Shown: positions 28,845 through 36,863 of the stretch, one piece after another
Layout: every line of letters starts with the position of its first letter
Position numbering within the stretch: position 1 is the stretch's first letter
Assembly: GCF_028689295.1 (NCBI RefSeq)
Contig: NZ_JAQTWL010000005.1
Span: 82,579 to 146,578 of the forward strand
Direction of reading: 5' to 3'
Length of the DNA: 64,000 nt
Source: Rhodoferax sp.
Lineage (GTDB): Bacteria > Pseudomonadota > Gammaproteobacteria > Burkholderiales > Burkholderiaceae_C
The notes under the pieces: generated by a model
What the model saw: only the letters and a program-made list of their open reading frames with translations
The model's database searches: none
What the model was told of the DNA's origin: nothing
Made by a program: the position numbers and the translations under genes

Positions 28845-29217
28845 GAGGGCCTTGTTTCATGCGGGTTTCAAGGCGTTCAAATAGCTCTACCCCCCATAAA
28901 ACCCGCCAATTCAGAATGTGGTTGATTTGGGCAGACAAACAGCCAAACATCCTGTTTGACAGGAAATGACGGCGCAGCCGTGCAGCACCACCAGCCAGCG
29001 GCCAACAGCACCGCGCGGCGCCAGCCTCTCAATACCGCTTCCGCTTCGCTGTCATCAGGGCTGCGCCCCGATACCCCGGTCGGCGCTGGTTGGCGTGGTC
29101 TTCCAATTTTGAAGGTTGATTTGTTGCCGTCATTGGCGCAGCCTTGTCAGGAGTGGACAGCCATATCACCTTGGATACGGGGGATGCACTGGCTGCAATC
29201 CCACGCTGTATGCAAAA

Positions 29218-29237
29218 TACTGTATTTTTCATCAGGG
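29218..29237. promoter_or_regulatory. Putative LexA (SOS) box
   Basis: TACTGTATTTTTCATCAGGG: CTG-N10-CAG core with a consensus TACTGTAT left half. Confidence 0.5.
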
Positions 29238-29242
29238 GGATG

Positions 29243-29269
29243 CATACCGGACATTTTGTCCGGTATGAT
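29243..29269 (+). promoter_or_regulatory. Palindromic operator overlapping the methylase -10 box
   Basis: CATACCGGACA-TTT-TGTCCGGTATG (perfect 11-bp arms, 29243-29267); TATGAT at 29264-29269, 8 nt before the ATG. Confidence 0.8.
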
Positions 29270-29277
29270 CACCTATC

Positions 29278-30546
29278 ATGGACACACGCTTAACCACCCT
29301 GAACGACAGTGCTGCACTTGAATACCTTGCAGCGGCACGCCTGCATCACTCGCAAGCTGCCATTGCCAAGCATCTTGGTGTCAGTGAGCGGCAGGTCAGG
29401 CGCTGGGAGGCCAGAGAGTCGAGCCCGCCCCAGTATGTTGGCATGGCTTTGCAACGGCTTTTGCCGTTCCAGCCAGTCACCAACCCGAATGCAGATTTCA
29501 AATTTATTGATTTATTTGCGGGTATCGGTGGCATCCGGCTGGCCTTTGAGGACATTGGCGGTGAATGCGTGTTCACGAGCGAATGGGACAGCTACGCGCA
29601 GCGCACCTACATGGCCAACTTTGGTGGGCAGCACCCGATCAATGGCGACATTACCCAAATACCTGCGGACGACATTCCAGACCATGACGTTCTTCTGGGT
29701 GGTTTTCCCTGTCAGCCGTTTTCAATTGCAGGCGTGTCCAAGAAGAATGCACTCGGCCGGGCGCATGGTTTTGCTGATGAAACGCAGGGCACGCTGTTTT
29801 TTGACGTAGCGCGCATCATTGCAGCCAAACAACCCAAGGCATTCTTGCTTGAGAACGTCAAAAACCTGCAGTCCCATGACAAGGGTCGCACCTTTGCCGT
29901 GATTCTGCGCACATTGCGCGACGAACTTGGCTATCAGGTTTTCCACAAGGTGATCGACGGGGCTCACTTCGTGCCCCAGCACCGGGAACGCATCATCATC
30001 GTCGGCTTCCGTGACCCGGTCGTCTTTAATTGGGACATGGTTGACCTGCCAGCAAAAGGAACACGCACACTGGGTGAAATCATCCACAAGAAGGCTGCTG
30101 AACCAGCGCTTGAAGCGGATGGCGTCAACTATTACGACCATGCTAAACACAAGGTACTGGACAAGTACACTTTGACCGACAAACTCTGGCAATACCTGCA
30201 AAACTACAAAATAAAGCATGCCGCAGCAGGCAATGGTTTTGGGTTTGGTCTGGTCACGAAAGAAGGTGTGACGCGAACGCTTTCGGCACGTTACTACAAG
30301 GACGGTTCGGAAATCCTGTTCAGCCAAGGCGCCAAGAAGAACCCCCGCCGCCTGACACCGCGTGAATGCGCCCGGCTGATGGGCTTCCCGGACTCGTTCA
30401 AGATTCCGGTGTCGGACACGCGCGCGTACAAGCAATTTGGAAACTCTGTGGTTGTACCGGTCATGGCAGCAGTAGCACGAGCCCTGCAGCCATTGATTGT
30501 TGAAGCCGTGCAGAATGACAGTGAACCCATCCGCCGCGCGGCTTGA
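29278..30546 (+). CDS. dcm: C5-cytosine DNA methyltransferase, Dcm/M.EcoRII-like, with N-terminal HTH
   Basis: FAGIGG (I), GFPCQPFS (IV), ENV (VI), QHRERI (VIII), [14 protein letters not shown] (Dcm/EcoRII-type TRD), [13 protein letters not shown] (IX), [10 protein letters not shown] (X); N-terminal [23 protein letters not shown]. Confidence 0.95.
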   Translation: MDTRLTTLNDSAALEYLAAARLHHSQAAIAKHLGVSERQVRRWEARESSPPQYVGMALQRLLPFQPVTNPNADFKFIDLFAGIGGIRLAFEDIGGECVFTSEWDSYAQRTYMANFGGQHPINGDITQIPADDIPDHDVLLGGFPCQPFSIAGVSKKNALGRAHGFADETQGTLFFDVARIIAAKQPKAFLLENVKNLQSHDKGRTFAVILRTLRDELGYQVFHKVIDGAHFVPQHRERIIIVGFRDPVVFNWDMVDLPAKGTRTLGEIIHKKAAEPALEADGVNYYDHAKHKVLDKYTLTDKLWQYLQNYKIKHAAAGNGFGFGLVTKEGVTRTLSARYYKDGSEILFSQGAKKNPRRLTPRECARLMGFPDSFKIPVSDTRAYKQFGNSVVVPVMAAVARALQPLIVEAVQNDSEPIRRAA

Positions 30547-30564
30547 ATGGAAAGGACTCAGATC

Positions 30565-30825
30565 ATGAATGACATTTCACGCACTTCGGACATGCCCTCG
30601 GCTTCACGTTCTTGCGATGCCAAGGGGAAGTTGTTCAAAAAGGGGGACTTCGTTTCCATCCTTCCTGCGTTTCAGGATGCCGGTGATGACCAATTTACAT
30701 GGGTGGTTATGGCCGACGAGGAGAAAGGACGCGTCGATATCTGCCCGGTCAATTCGAGTCTGACCATCAAGCCGGTTTACACATTGCAGACTGGCCAGAT
30801 CACCTTGCGACCGGCAAACACTTGA
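30565..30825 (+). CDS. Small hypothetical protein (86 aa)
   Basis: AAGGA RBS 8 nt before ATG 30565; fills the gap between methylase and vsr on the same strand. Confidence 0.6.
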   Translation: MNDISRTSDMPSASRSCDAKGKLFKKGDFVSILPAFQDAGDDQFTWVVMADEEKGRVDICPVNSSLTIKPVYTLQTGQITLRPANT

Positions 30826-30885
30826 GTTGACTATGCGGGTCAACGCTGGGATGGATTGGGGTTGTCCGTCACGGGCACTGCCGAC

Positions 30886-31356
30886 ATGGCAGACGTAGTT
30901 GATGCGGCCACCCGCAGCCGGATGATGGCCGCCATCAGGGGCAAGGACACCAAACCTGAAATGCTCATCCGTCGAGCCCTTCATGCCAGAGGCCTTCGTT
31001 ACCGCCTTCATGACCCGGCGCTTCCGGGCAAGCCGGACTTGGTATTCCCCCGATACCGAGCCGTACTGTTTGTAAATGGCTGTTTCTGGCACGGCCACGA
31101 CTGTCGTTACTTCAAGATACCAGCTACCCGCACCGAGTTCTGGACTGAAAAAATCAATGCCAACCGACTACGGGATGAGCGCCAGATAATGCTGCTCAAG
31201 AAGCAAGGGTGGCGAGTGATGGTAATCTGGGAATGCACAGTTCGTGACCGCACATCTTTTGACCAATTGACTGCAACAGTGCACGACTGGATTACCAACA
31301 ATCAAGCCCCTCAAACCGGGGCGGCTTCCATCCAACAGGTTCAAGATGTTCACTGA
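30886..31356 (+). CDS. vsr: Very short patch repair endonuclease
   Basis: DVVDAATRSRMMAAIRGKDTKPE, LPGKPDLVF, FVNGCFWHGHDC, GWRVMVIWEC. Confidence 0.97.
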   Translation: MADVVDAATRSRMMAAIRGKDTKPEMLIRRALHARGLRYRLHDPALPGKPDLVFPRYRAVLFVNGCFWHGHDCRYFKIPATRTEFWTEKINANRLRDERQIMLLKKQGWRVMVIWECTVRDRTSFDQLTATVHDWITNNQAPQTGAASIQQVQDVH

Positions 31357-32599
31357 CAAAATTACAGACTACTTCGAAGGCGTTGCTGCGAAGTACCTGA
31401 GTGTGGTCGATGCTGACCCGGAACGCTCGAACGGGCATGAAATAGGAGGGCTTCCTGCGGCAGGTGCCAAGAGTTGGCTTGGAACGCCCGGCAAAGGTGA
31501 GGGGCAGGAAATCAGGTATCAGGCTCAGCAGGTCTACATTTCAGACGAGCTGGACGAGCCGCTCATCTACGAGAGCAGCGTTTCTTGGTACGACTCGCGG
31601 CGAAACAAACCTGCCCGGAGCCCGGAATATCGGCTGTACTACGAGGATTCGCCGGTAACGCTACAGTTCAAGCCCGGCGATTTTTTGCTGATAGCCAAGC
31701 ACCGCGATGGTCGGCTCTTGATGGTATTGGCTCCGCCGCAAAGCTCTGTTGAGAAGCAGCTACGCGTAATTTTCGGCTTGTCGGAAATCGATGAGGACTT
31801 TAATGCCGGTAATCTAGAGTCATCGATGCTCCTTTTACCACTGCGGTTGCTGCTTGAAACCCTTGGTTTTGAGTTGAGCAAGCCTGCGGCTGACGATGGA
31901 ACATGGCTGGATCGGCTAATGGCCGAGTTCGGCGACAAGCAGTTTCCGAGTACTGAGCGCTTTTCCACATTTGCAAGAAAGTCGCTGGAGAACGAGGTAG
32001 ACCCTCTCCGGTTCCCTGACAAGACTCTAATGGCGTGGATGGAACATGAGGAAAAGCTGTTCCGCATTTACGAATGTCATTTCGTGATGAAGCGCTTGGA
32101 CGTTGGTTTCTCTGCCGATAGTCATGGGGTAGAAACTTTCATCAGCTATTCGCTGAGCGTGCAGAACCGCCGGAAATCCCGAGTCGGCCATGCTTTCGAA
32201 GGCCACATCCGCAATCTTTTCAAGAAACATGCTCTCAAATTCGAGCAGGGCGCGAAGGCCCTTGTGACTGAAAACAGTGCGCGGCCAGATTTCCTGTTTC
32301 CCTCGTTCAGCGCATACCACGACAAAACTTTCCCCACCGAAAGCTTGATTATGTTGGGTGCAAAGACAACCTGCAAAGACAGATGGCGACAGGTTCTCAG
32401 TGAAGCCGCCCGAATCGAGTCCAAGCACCTGATTACGATGGAGGCGGCCATCAGTGAGGCCCAGACCAATGAGATGGTTGCCCACAAGCTGCAGCTTGTC
32501 ATACCGACAGCCATGCACACAACATTCAATGAAGGTCAGCGGGCCCAGTTGCTGGATGTCAGCGGCTTCATTGATATGGTCAAATCCGTACAGCGATAA
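31346..32599 (+). CDS. Type II restriction endonuclease, EcoRII-like
   Basis: C-terminal NRRKSRVGHAFEGH, RPDFLFP, AKTTCKDRWRQVLSEA motifs matching the EcoRII catalytic domain; N-terminal about 145 aa probable DNA-binding effector domain. Confidence 0.92.
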   Translation: MFTDKITDYFEGVAAKYLSVVDADPERSNGHEIGGLPAAGAKSWLGTPGKGEGQEIRYQAQQVYISDELDEPLIYESSVSWYDSRRNKPARSPEYRLYYEDSPVTLQFKPGDFLLIAKHRDGRLLMVLAPPQSSVEKQLRVIFGLSEIDEDFNAGNLESSMLLLPLRLLLETLGFELSKPAADDGTWLDRLMAEFGDKQFPSTERFSTFARKSLENEVDPLRFPDKTLMAWMEHEEKLFRIYECHFVMKRLDVGFSADSHGVETFISYSLSVQNRRKSRVGHAFEGHIRNLFKKHALKFEQGAKALVTENSARPDFLFPSFSAYHDKTFPTESLIMLGAKTTCKDRWRQVLSEAARIESKHLITMEAAISEAQTNEMVAHKLQLVIPTAMHTTFNEGQRAQLLDVSGFIDMVKSVQR

Positions 32600-32781
32600 C
32601 CCCCGCTTTTACGCGCAAGGTCTTGCGACTTGGGGTTGTTGTTTCGGTCACACGCCGGAAAGTATTTCTGTGTGAATTGTCCGGGTTGGCCCATGGACTA
32701 ATTGCCAAATCAGTGTTTCGCAACAGTCAATCAGTGCCGATGAAGATCGGCAACACCGACGAGCCTACGGGCAATGTCCCT

Positions 32782-33819
32782 TCAAACAACTTTCCATGTC
32801 AGCACCTCGCCCGCCCCCAGCGGCTTGAGCTCGGCTTCGCCAAAGGCGAAACGCTCCGGCACGGTCCATGCCTCGCGCTTCAATGTGAGTGTGCTGGCAT
32901 TGCGTGGCAGGCCGTAAAAATCTGCGCCGAAAAAGCTGGCAAAGCCTTCCAGCTTGTCGAGCGCGCCCATCCCGTCGAACGCCTGCGCATACAGTTCCAT
33001 CGCCGTGTAGGCGGTGTAGCAACCGGCGCAGCCGCTGGCATGCTCCTTGAGGTGCACCGGGTGCGGCGCGCTGTCGGTGCCGAGGAAAAATTTTGGGTTG
33101 CCGCTGGTAGCGGCCACCAGCAGGGCCTGGCGATGGCTTTCGCGCTTGAGCACCGGCAGGCAGTAGTAATGCGGACGGATGCCACCGGTAAAAATGGCGT
33201 TGCGGTTGTACAGCAGGTGGTGCGCGGTGAGCGTGGCCGCGGTAAAGCGGTCGGCCTCGGCCACGTATTGCGCCGCCTCTCGCGTGGTGATGTGCTCGAA
33301 CACGATCTTGAGCTCGGGGAAATCGCGGCGCAGCGGGATCAGCTGGGTGTCGATGAACACCGCTTCGCGGTCGAACAGGTCGATCTCGGGCGCGGTCACT
33401 TCGCCGTGCACCAGCAGCGGCATGCCCACCCGCTGCATGGCTTCGAGCGTGGGGTAAGTTTTGTGTAGGTCGGTCACACCGGCATCGCTGTTGGTCGTGG
33501 CGCCGGCCGGGTAGAGCTTGACGGCGACGATGCCGACCCCCTTGGCGCGGGCGATTTCGTCGGCGGGCAGCCTGTCGGTGAGGTACAGCGTCATGAGCGG
33601 CTCGAACGCCATGCCCGGCGGCACTGTGGCCAGGATGCGCGCCTTGTAGGCCAGCGCCTGGGCGGTGGTGGTCACAGGCGGACGCAAATTGGGCATGATA
33701 ATGGCGCGGCCGAACTGGGCGGCGCTGTGCGGTACCACCGTGCTCAGTGCGGCGCCATCGCGCACATGCAGGTGCCAGTCGTCGGGGCGGGTCAGGGTCA
33801 GGGTCAGGGTATTGATCAT
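32782..33819 (-). CDS. pyrC: Dihydroorotase
   Basis: [49 protein letters not shown]. Confidence 0.97.
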   Translation of the reverse strand: MINTLTLTLTRPDDWHLHVRDGAALSTVVPHSAAQFGRAIIMPNLRPPVTTTAQALAYKARILATVPPGMAFEPLMTLYLTDRLPADEIARAKGVGIVAVKLYPAGATTNSDAGVTDLHKTYPTLEAMQRVGMPLLVHGEVTAPEIDLFDREAVFIDTQLIPLRRDFPELKIVFEHITTREAAQYVAEADRFTAATLTAHHLLYNRNAIFTGGIRPHYYCLPVLKRESHRQALLVAATSGNPKFFLGTDSAPHPVHLKEHASGCAGCYTAYTAMELYAQAFDGMGALDKLEGFASFFGADFYGLPRNASTLTLKREAWTVPERFAFGEAELKPLGAGEVLTWKVV

Positions 33820-34790
33820 AAGGAATCCCCATGGGACAGCAGGTAGTCCCACAGGGCCTGCGCATTGTGCGTGGGGGTGTCGTGGGCGTGCCTGCCGGCA
33901 AGGTTGCCGGGTTTGAGCGCTTCACGATGGATGGGGCGTTCGCGGTAGGCGCGCACTTCCATGGTGATGGTGAGGTCCTTGAGCTCGGGTGGCGCAGCGC
34001 TGACAAGCTTGTGCGCGCGCAGGTCCTTGCGCACCGCGCTCATCGGCAAAAATGCCACGCCGTGGCCTTCCAGCGCCATGGCTTTGAGTCCCTCGGCCAT
34101 GTCGGTCTCATAGACCCGATCGAAGTGGATGGGAGCGCTGCTGTGCTTCAGGATCAGCTCCACCATCTGCCCCAGGTAGGCGCCTTGCGCATAGCCGAGG
34201 TAGGGCAGTGGGTGGCCCGCCTTGCCTGGCAGTTCGAACAAGGGCTTGCCGTGCTCGTCGGGCTTGGCGTAGGGTGCCACCACTTCTTCACCCAAGCTCA
34301 CCATTTCGTAGCGGTCAGCGTTGAGCTGGTTGGGCTGGGACGGGTGATGGTAGGCAATCAGCAGGTCGCAACTGCCTTCCACCAGGCGCATCACGGCATC
34401 GTGCACGTTGAGCGCGATCAGGCGGCTTTTGATGGGGCCAAAGCTGGCGCGCAGGGCTGTTACCCAGGCTGGGAAAAAAGTGAACGCCAGCGTGTGCGGC
34501 ACGGCAAACTCGATCACGTCCTGCGCCGCCGTGGCGTGCCCGCGCAGCATGGCGCGCGTGGTCTGCAGGGTCTGCAGGATTTCGAGCGCCTGGTCGTGCA
34601 GTGTTTCACCGGCGGGCGTCAGGCGCGTCGGGTAACTGCTGCGATCCACAAGGTCGGAGCCAGCCCAGGTTTCCAGCGACTGGATGCGGCGCGAAAACGC
34701 AGGTTGCGTCACATGGCGCAATTGCGCCGAACGGCTGAAACTGCGGGTTTCGGCCAAGCTGACAAAATCTTCAAGCCATTTGGTTTCCAT
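33816..34790 (-). CDS. LysR-family regulator (HypT/YjiE-like)
   Basis: [41 protein letters not shown]-terminal HTH. Confidence 0.92.
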   Translation of the reverse strand: METKWLEDFVSLAETRSFSRSAQLRHVTQPAFSRRIQSLETWAGSDLVDRSSYPTRLTPAGETLHDQALEILQTLQTTRAMLRGHATAAQDVIEFAVPHTLAFTFFPAWVTALRASFGPIKSRLIALNVHDAVMRLVEGSCDLLIAYHHPSQPNQLNADRYEMVSLGEEVVAPYAKPDEHGKPLFELPGKAGHPLPYLGYAQGAYLGQMVELILKHSSAPIHFDRVYETDMAEGLKAMALEGHGVAFLPMSAVRKDLRAHKLVSAAPPELKDLTITMEVRAYRERPIHREALKPGNLAGRHAHDTPTHNAQALWDYLLSHGDSL

Positions 34791-34841
34791 GAGACGAGAT
34801 TGTCTATCAGACCGGACTGTTTGATGAGGGGGGACGGCCGC

Positions 34842-35447
34842 TCAATTTCCGATCAACTGGCCATAGGCCTGCCGGGTGGACGGCGCCAAGGCGGCCAGCA
34901 CCTGGGCATATGCGGTCTGGTGTCGCGCCAGCAAGCGGGTCGAGGCGACCATTTTGGAGCGGCAAAACCAGTGGCAACTGTGCTGCATCAGCATCAACTC
35001 GGCCGACAGGGTGAAGGCCTTGCGCTTGGGCGTCTGGGCCAGCCTGTTTTGGCAGGCCTGCGTGATGCCGCGGGCGTGCACGCTGAGCAATTTGCGCATG
35101 TCCAGCGCGGTGGAGGGGAAATATTGCGCGACAAAGGGCAGGGCCAGCGGCAGGCGGCTCAAGCGGGCCTGCGGCTCGGAGACCTTGGCAAACTCCAGCA
35201 CAAAACGGTTGAACTGCTCGCACAGCGTTTGTTCTGTCGGCTCCAGGTGTCGCCAGACCTGGGCCTGGCGTTGCTCGTCCGCTTCACCCAAAGCGCGCTG
35301 GTAGCCGTTCAGCACATCCTGCATCAACTTTTCAATCTGGAATTGCCCAAGATAACCGCCGAGCAAGGCAATGCGCTGCGCTTGCTCGCGCGTTTTGACA
35401 ACATGCACGGCAATGGCCAGCAGGGCGAAGACAACAAAAATATCCAT
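34842..35447 (-). CDS. Hypothetical membrane-anchored protein
   Basis: N-terminal hydrophobic anchor; helical body; MQHSCHWFC motif. Confidence 0.75.
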   Translation of the reverse strand: MDIFVVFALLAIAVHVVKTREQAQRIALLGGYLGQFQIEKLMQDVLNGYQRALGEADEQRQAQVWRHLEPTEQTLCEQFNRFVLEFAKVSEPQARLSRLPLALPFVAQYFPSTALDMRKLLSVHARGITQACQNRLAQTPKRKAFTLSAELMLMQHSCHWFCRSKMVASTRLLARHQTAYAQVLAALAPSTRQAYGQLIGN

Positions 35448-35503
35448 GGGTGAGTCACAAGAAAGAAAAGGCTGGCTGAGTGTAGTGGGCGGGGCTGATC
35501 CGG

Positions 35504-35728
35504 CTACTGATCCAGATAAGCCAGCGCCGCCCGGATGCGCGCAAGGGTGGCTTCGAGCGGCGCTTTTCTGGACACCTCCAGCCCTAGCTGACGCGCGATG
35601 TCATTGATGCGTGCCGGGTTCAGCGGGATGCCGCCCGCGTCGATGGCGGCGATCAGTTGCGCTGCCTGCTGCGCGGCCGACAATGGTCTTTTGCGCCGGA
35701 TCAACAGCTTGACGAGTTTGCTCAACAT
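35504..35728 (-). CDS. Small hypothetical protein (74 aa)
   Basis: Same strand and in line with neighbours; plausible helical sequence. Confidence 0.65.
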   Translation of the reverse strand: MLSKLVKLLIRRKRPLSAAQQAAQLIAAIDAGGIPLNPARINDIARQLGLEVSRKAPLEATLARIRAALAYLDQ

Positions 35729-35737
35729 CTGGGGGCT

Positions 35738-36745
35738 TTAGCCAACGCGCGACCGGCCGGTGGGCGGATAAACCGGATCGGTGTAGCCCGGCGTGGAGGG
35801 ATGGCCGGGCTTGACCAGGCGGTCCACCAACGCCTCGTCCTCGGGAGTGAACACGTAGTCGAGCGCGGGCAGGTAGTCTTGCCACTGCTGGAGCGTGCGC
35901 GGTCCGGCGATGACTGAACTCACCACCGGGTTGGCCAGAACCCAGGCGCAAGCGAACTGCGCCAGGCTGATGCTCCGGTTTTCAGCATGAACCTTGAGCT
36001 GTTGCGCAATCAGCAGGGATTCTTCGCGAAACTCGGTTTGTGCCAAACGCCGGTCGGCGCGGCCGGCGCGGCTGTCCGGGGCGGGTGCTTGACCCGGCAG
36101 GTATTTGCCGGTGAGCACACCGCGCGCCACTGGGCTGTAGGGCACCACGCCAATGCCGTAATGCGTGCAGGCCGGCAGGACCTCGACCTCGGGCATGCGG
36201 TTGAGCAGGTTGTAGTAGGGCTGGCACACCACCGGGCCCGGCATGCCTAGCTGCGCCGCCAGGCGCACCAGTTCGGCAATGCGCCAACCCCGAAAGTTCG
36301 AAACACCCCAGGCGCGAATCTGGCCGGTGCGCAGCATGGCGTCGAGCGCGCGCAAGGGCTCTTCCAGGTTCATGCCGTCAAAATCGCGGTGCAGGTACAA
36401 GATATCCACGTAATCCGTTTGCAGGCGCGCCAGCGAAGCCGCCACTTCGCGCAGCATCCAACTGTGCGAATAGTGGCCCTCGTTGACTCGCTCGGACATG
36501 GCATTGCCCAGTTTGGTTGCCAGCACCCAGTCGTGGCGCTGGCCCTTGAGCAGTTGGCCCACCATGGTTTCCGAGCCCCCTTTGCTGTAGACGTCTGCGG
36601 TGTCGATGTAGTTCACGCCATGGGCGTGGGCATCGGCCACGATGCCGCCTGCTTCGGCCAGCGCGGTCTGGTCGCCGAACATCATGGTGCCCAGGCACAG
36701 GGCCGAGACTTTCAAATTGCTTTTGCCGAGATTGCGGTAGTGCAT
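35738..36745 (-). CDS. Aldo/keto reductase
   Basis: LCLGTMMFG, IDTADVY, ATK, DILYLH, QPYYNLLNR, YSPVARGVLTGKY. Confidence 0.93.
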   Translation of the reverse strand: MHYRNLGKSNLKVSALCLGTMMFGDQTALAEAGGIVADAHAHGVNYIDTADVYSKGGSETMVGQLLKGQRHDWVLATKLGNAMSERVNEGHYSHSWMLREVAASLARLQTDYVDILYLHRDFDGMNLEEPLRALDAMLRTGQIRAWGVSNFRGWRIAELVRLAAQLGMPGPVVCQPYYNLLNRMPEVEVLPACTHYGIGVVPYSPVARGVLTGKYLPGQAPAPDSRAGRADRRLAQTEFREESLLIAQQLKVHAENRSISLAQFACAWVLANPVVSSVIAGPRTLQQWQDYLPALDYVFTPEDEALVDRLVKPGHPSTPGYTDPVYPPTGRSRVG

Positions 36746-36863
36746 GAAGGTGCTCTTTCAAGGGAATGAAGGCCTGCCAGTTTAGTCATGATGGCAGTCC
36801 ATGCTGGCAGAAAAGCAGGACTGCGCCAGCAGCTTTTGAACGCATTGACGGCGCGAAAGGCAG

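Larger units (their letters stand above)
28845..32780. mobile_element. tRNA-Ser-anchored defence islet (restriction-modification), no integrase
   Basis: Starts right after the tRNA 3' end; visibly lower GC and atypical codons compared with flanks; carries only RM-related genes. Right boundary approximate. Confidence 0.7.

Noticed and set aside
28956-29321. ORFs 28956..29321 (+) and 29029..29232 (-) after tRNA-Ser as possible integrase or excisionase remnants
   Set aside because: No tyrosine/serine recombinase or AlpA-like motifs; they overlap the methylase promoter elements.
32598-32640. AACCCC...CGCAAG-GT-CTTGCG...GGGGTT hairpin after the endonuclease, and a TGTCCGG half-site near 32678
   Set aside because: Interrupted stem without a clear U-tract, and only half of the operator; too weak to call a terminator or island end.
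33791-33810. GTCAGG x3 tandem repeat at the pyrC start
   Set aside because: Encodes the ordinary TLTLT beta-strand at the dihydroorotase N-terminus; an in-frame unit, so not a phase-variation tract.
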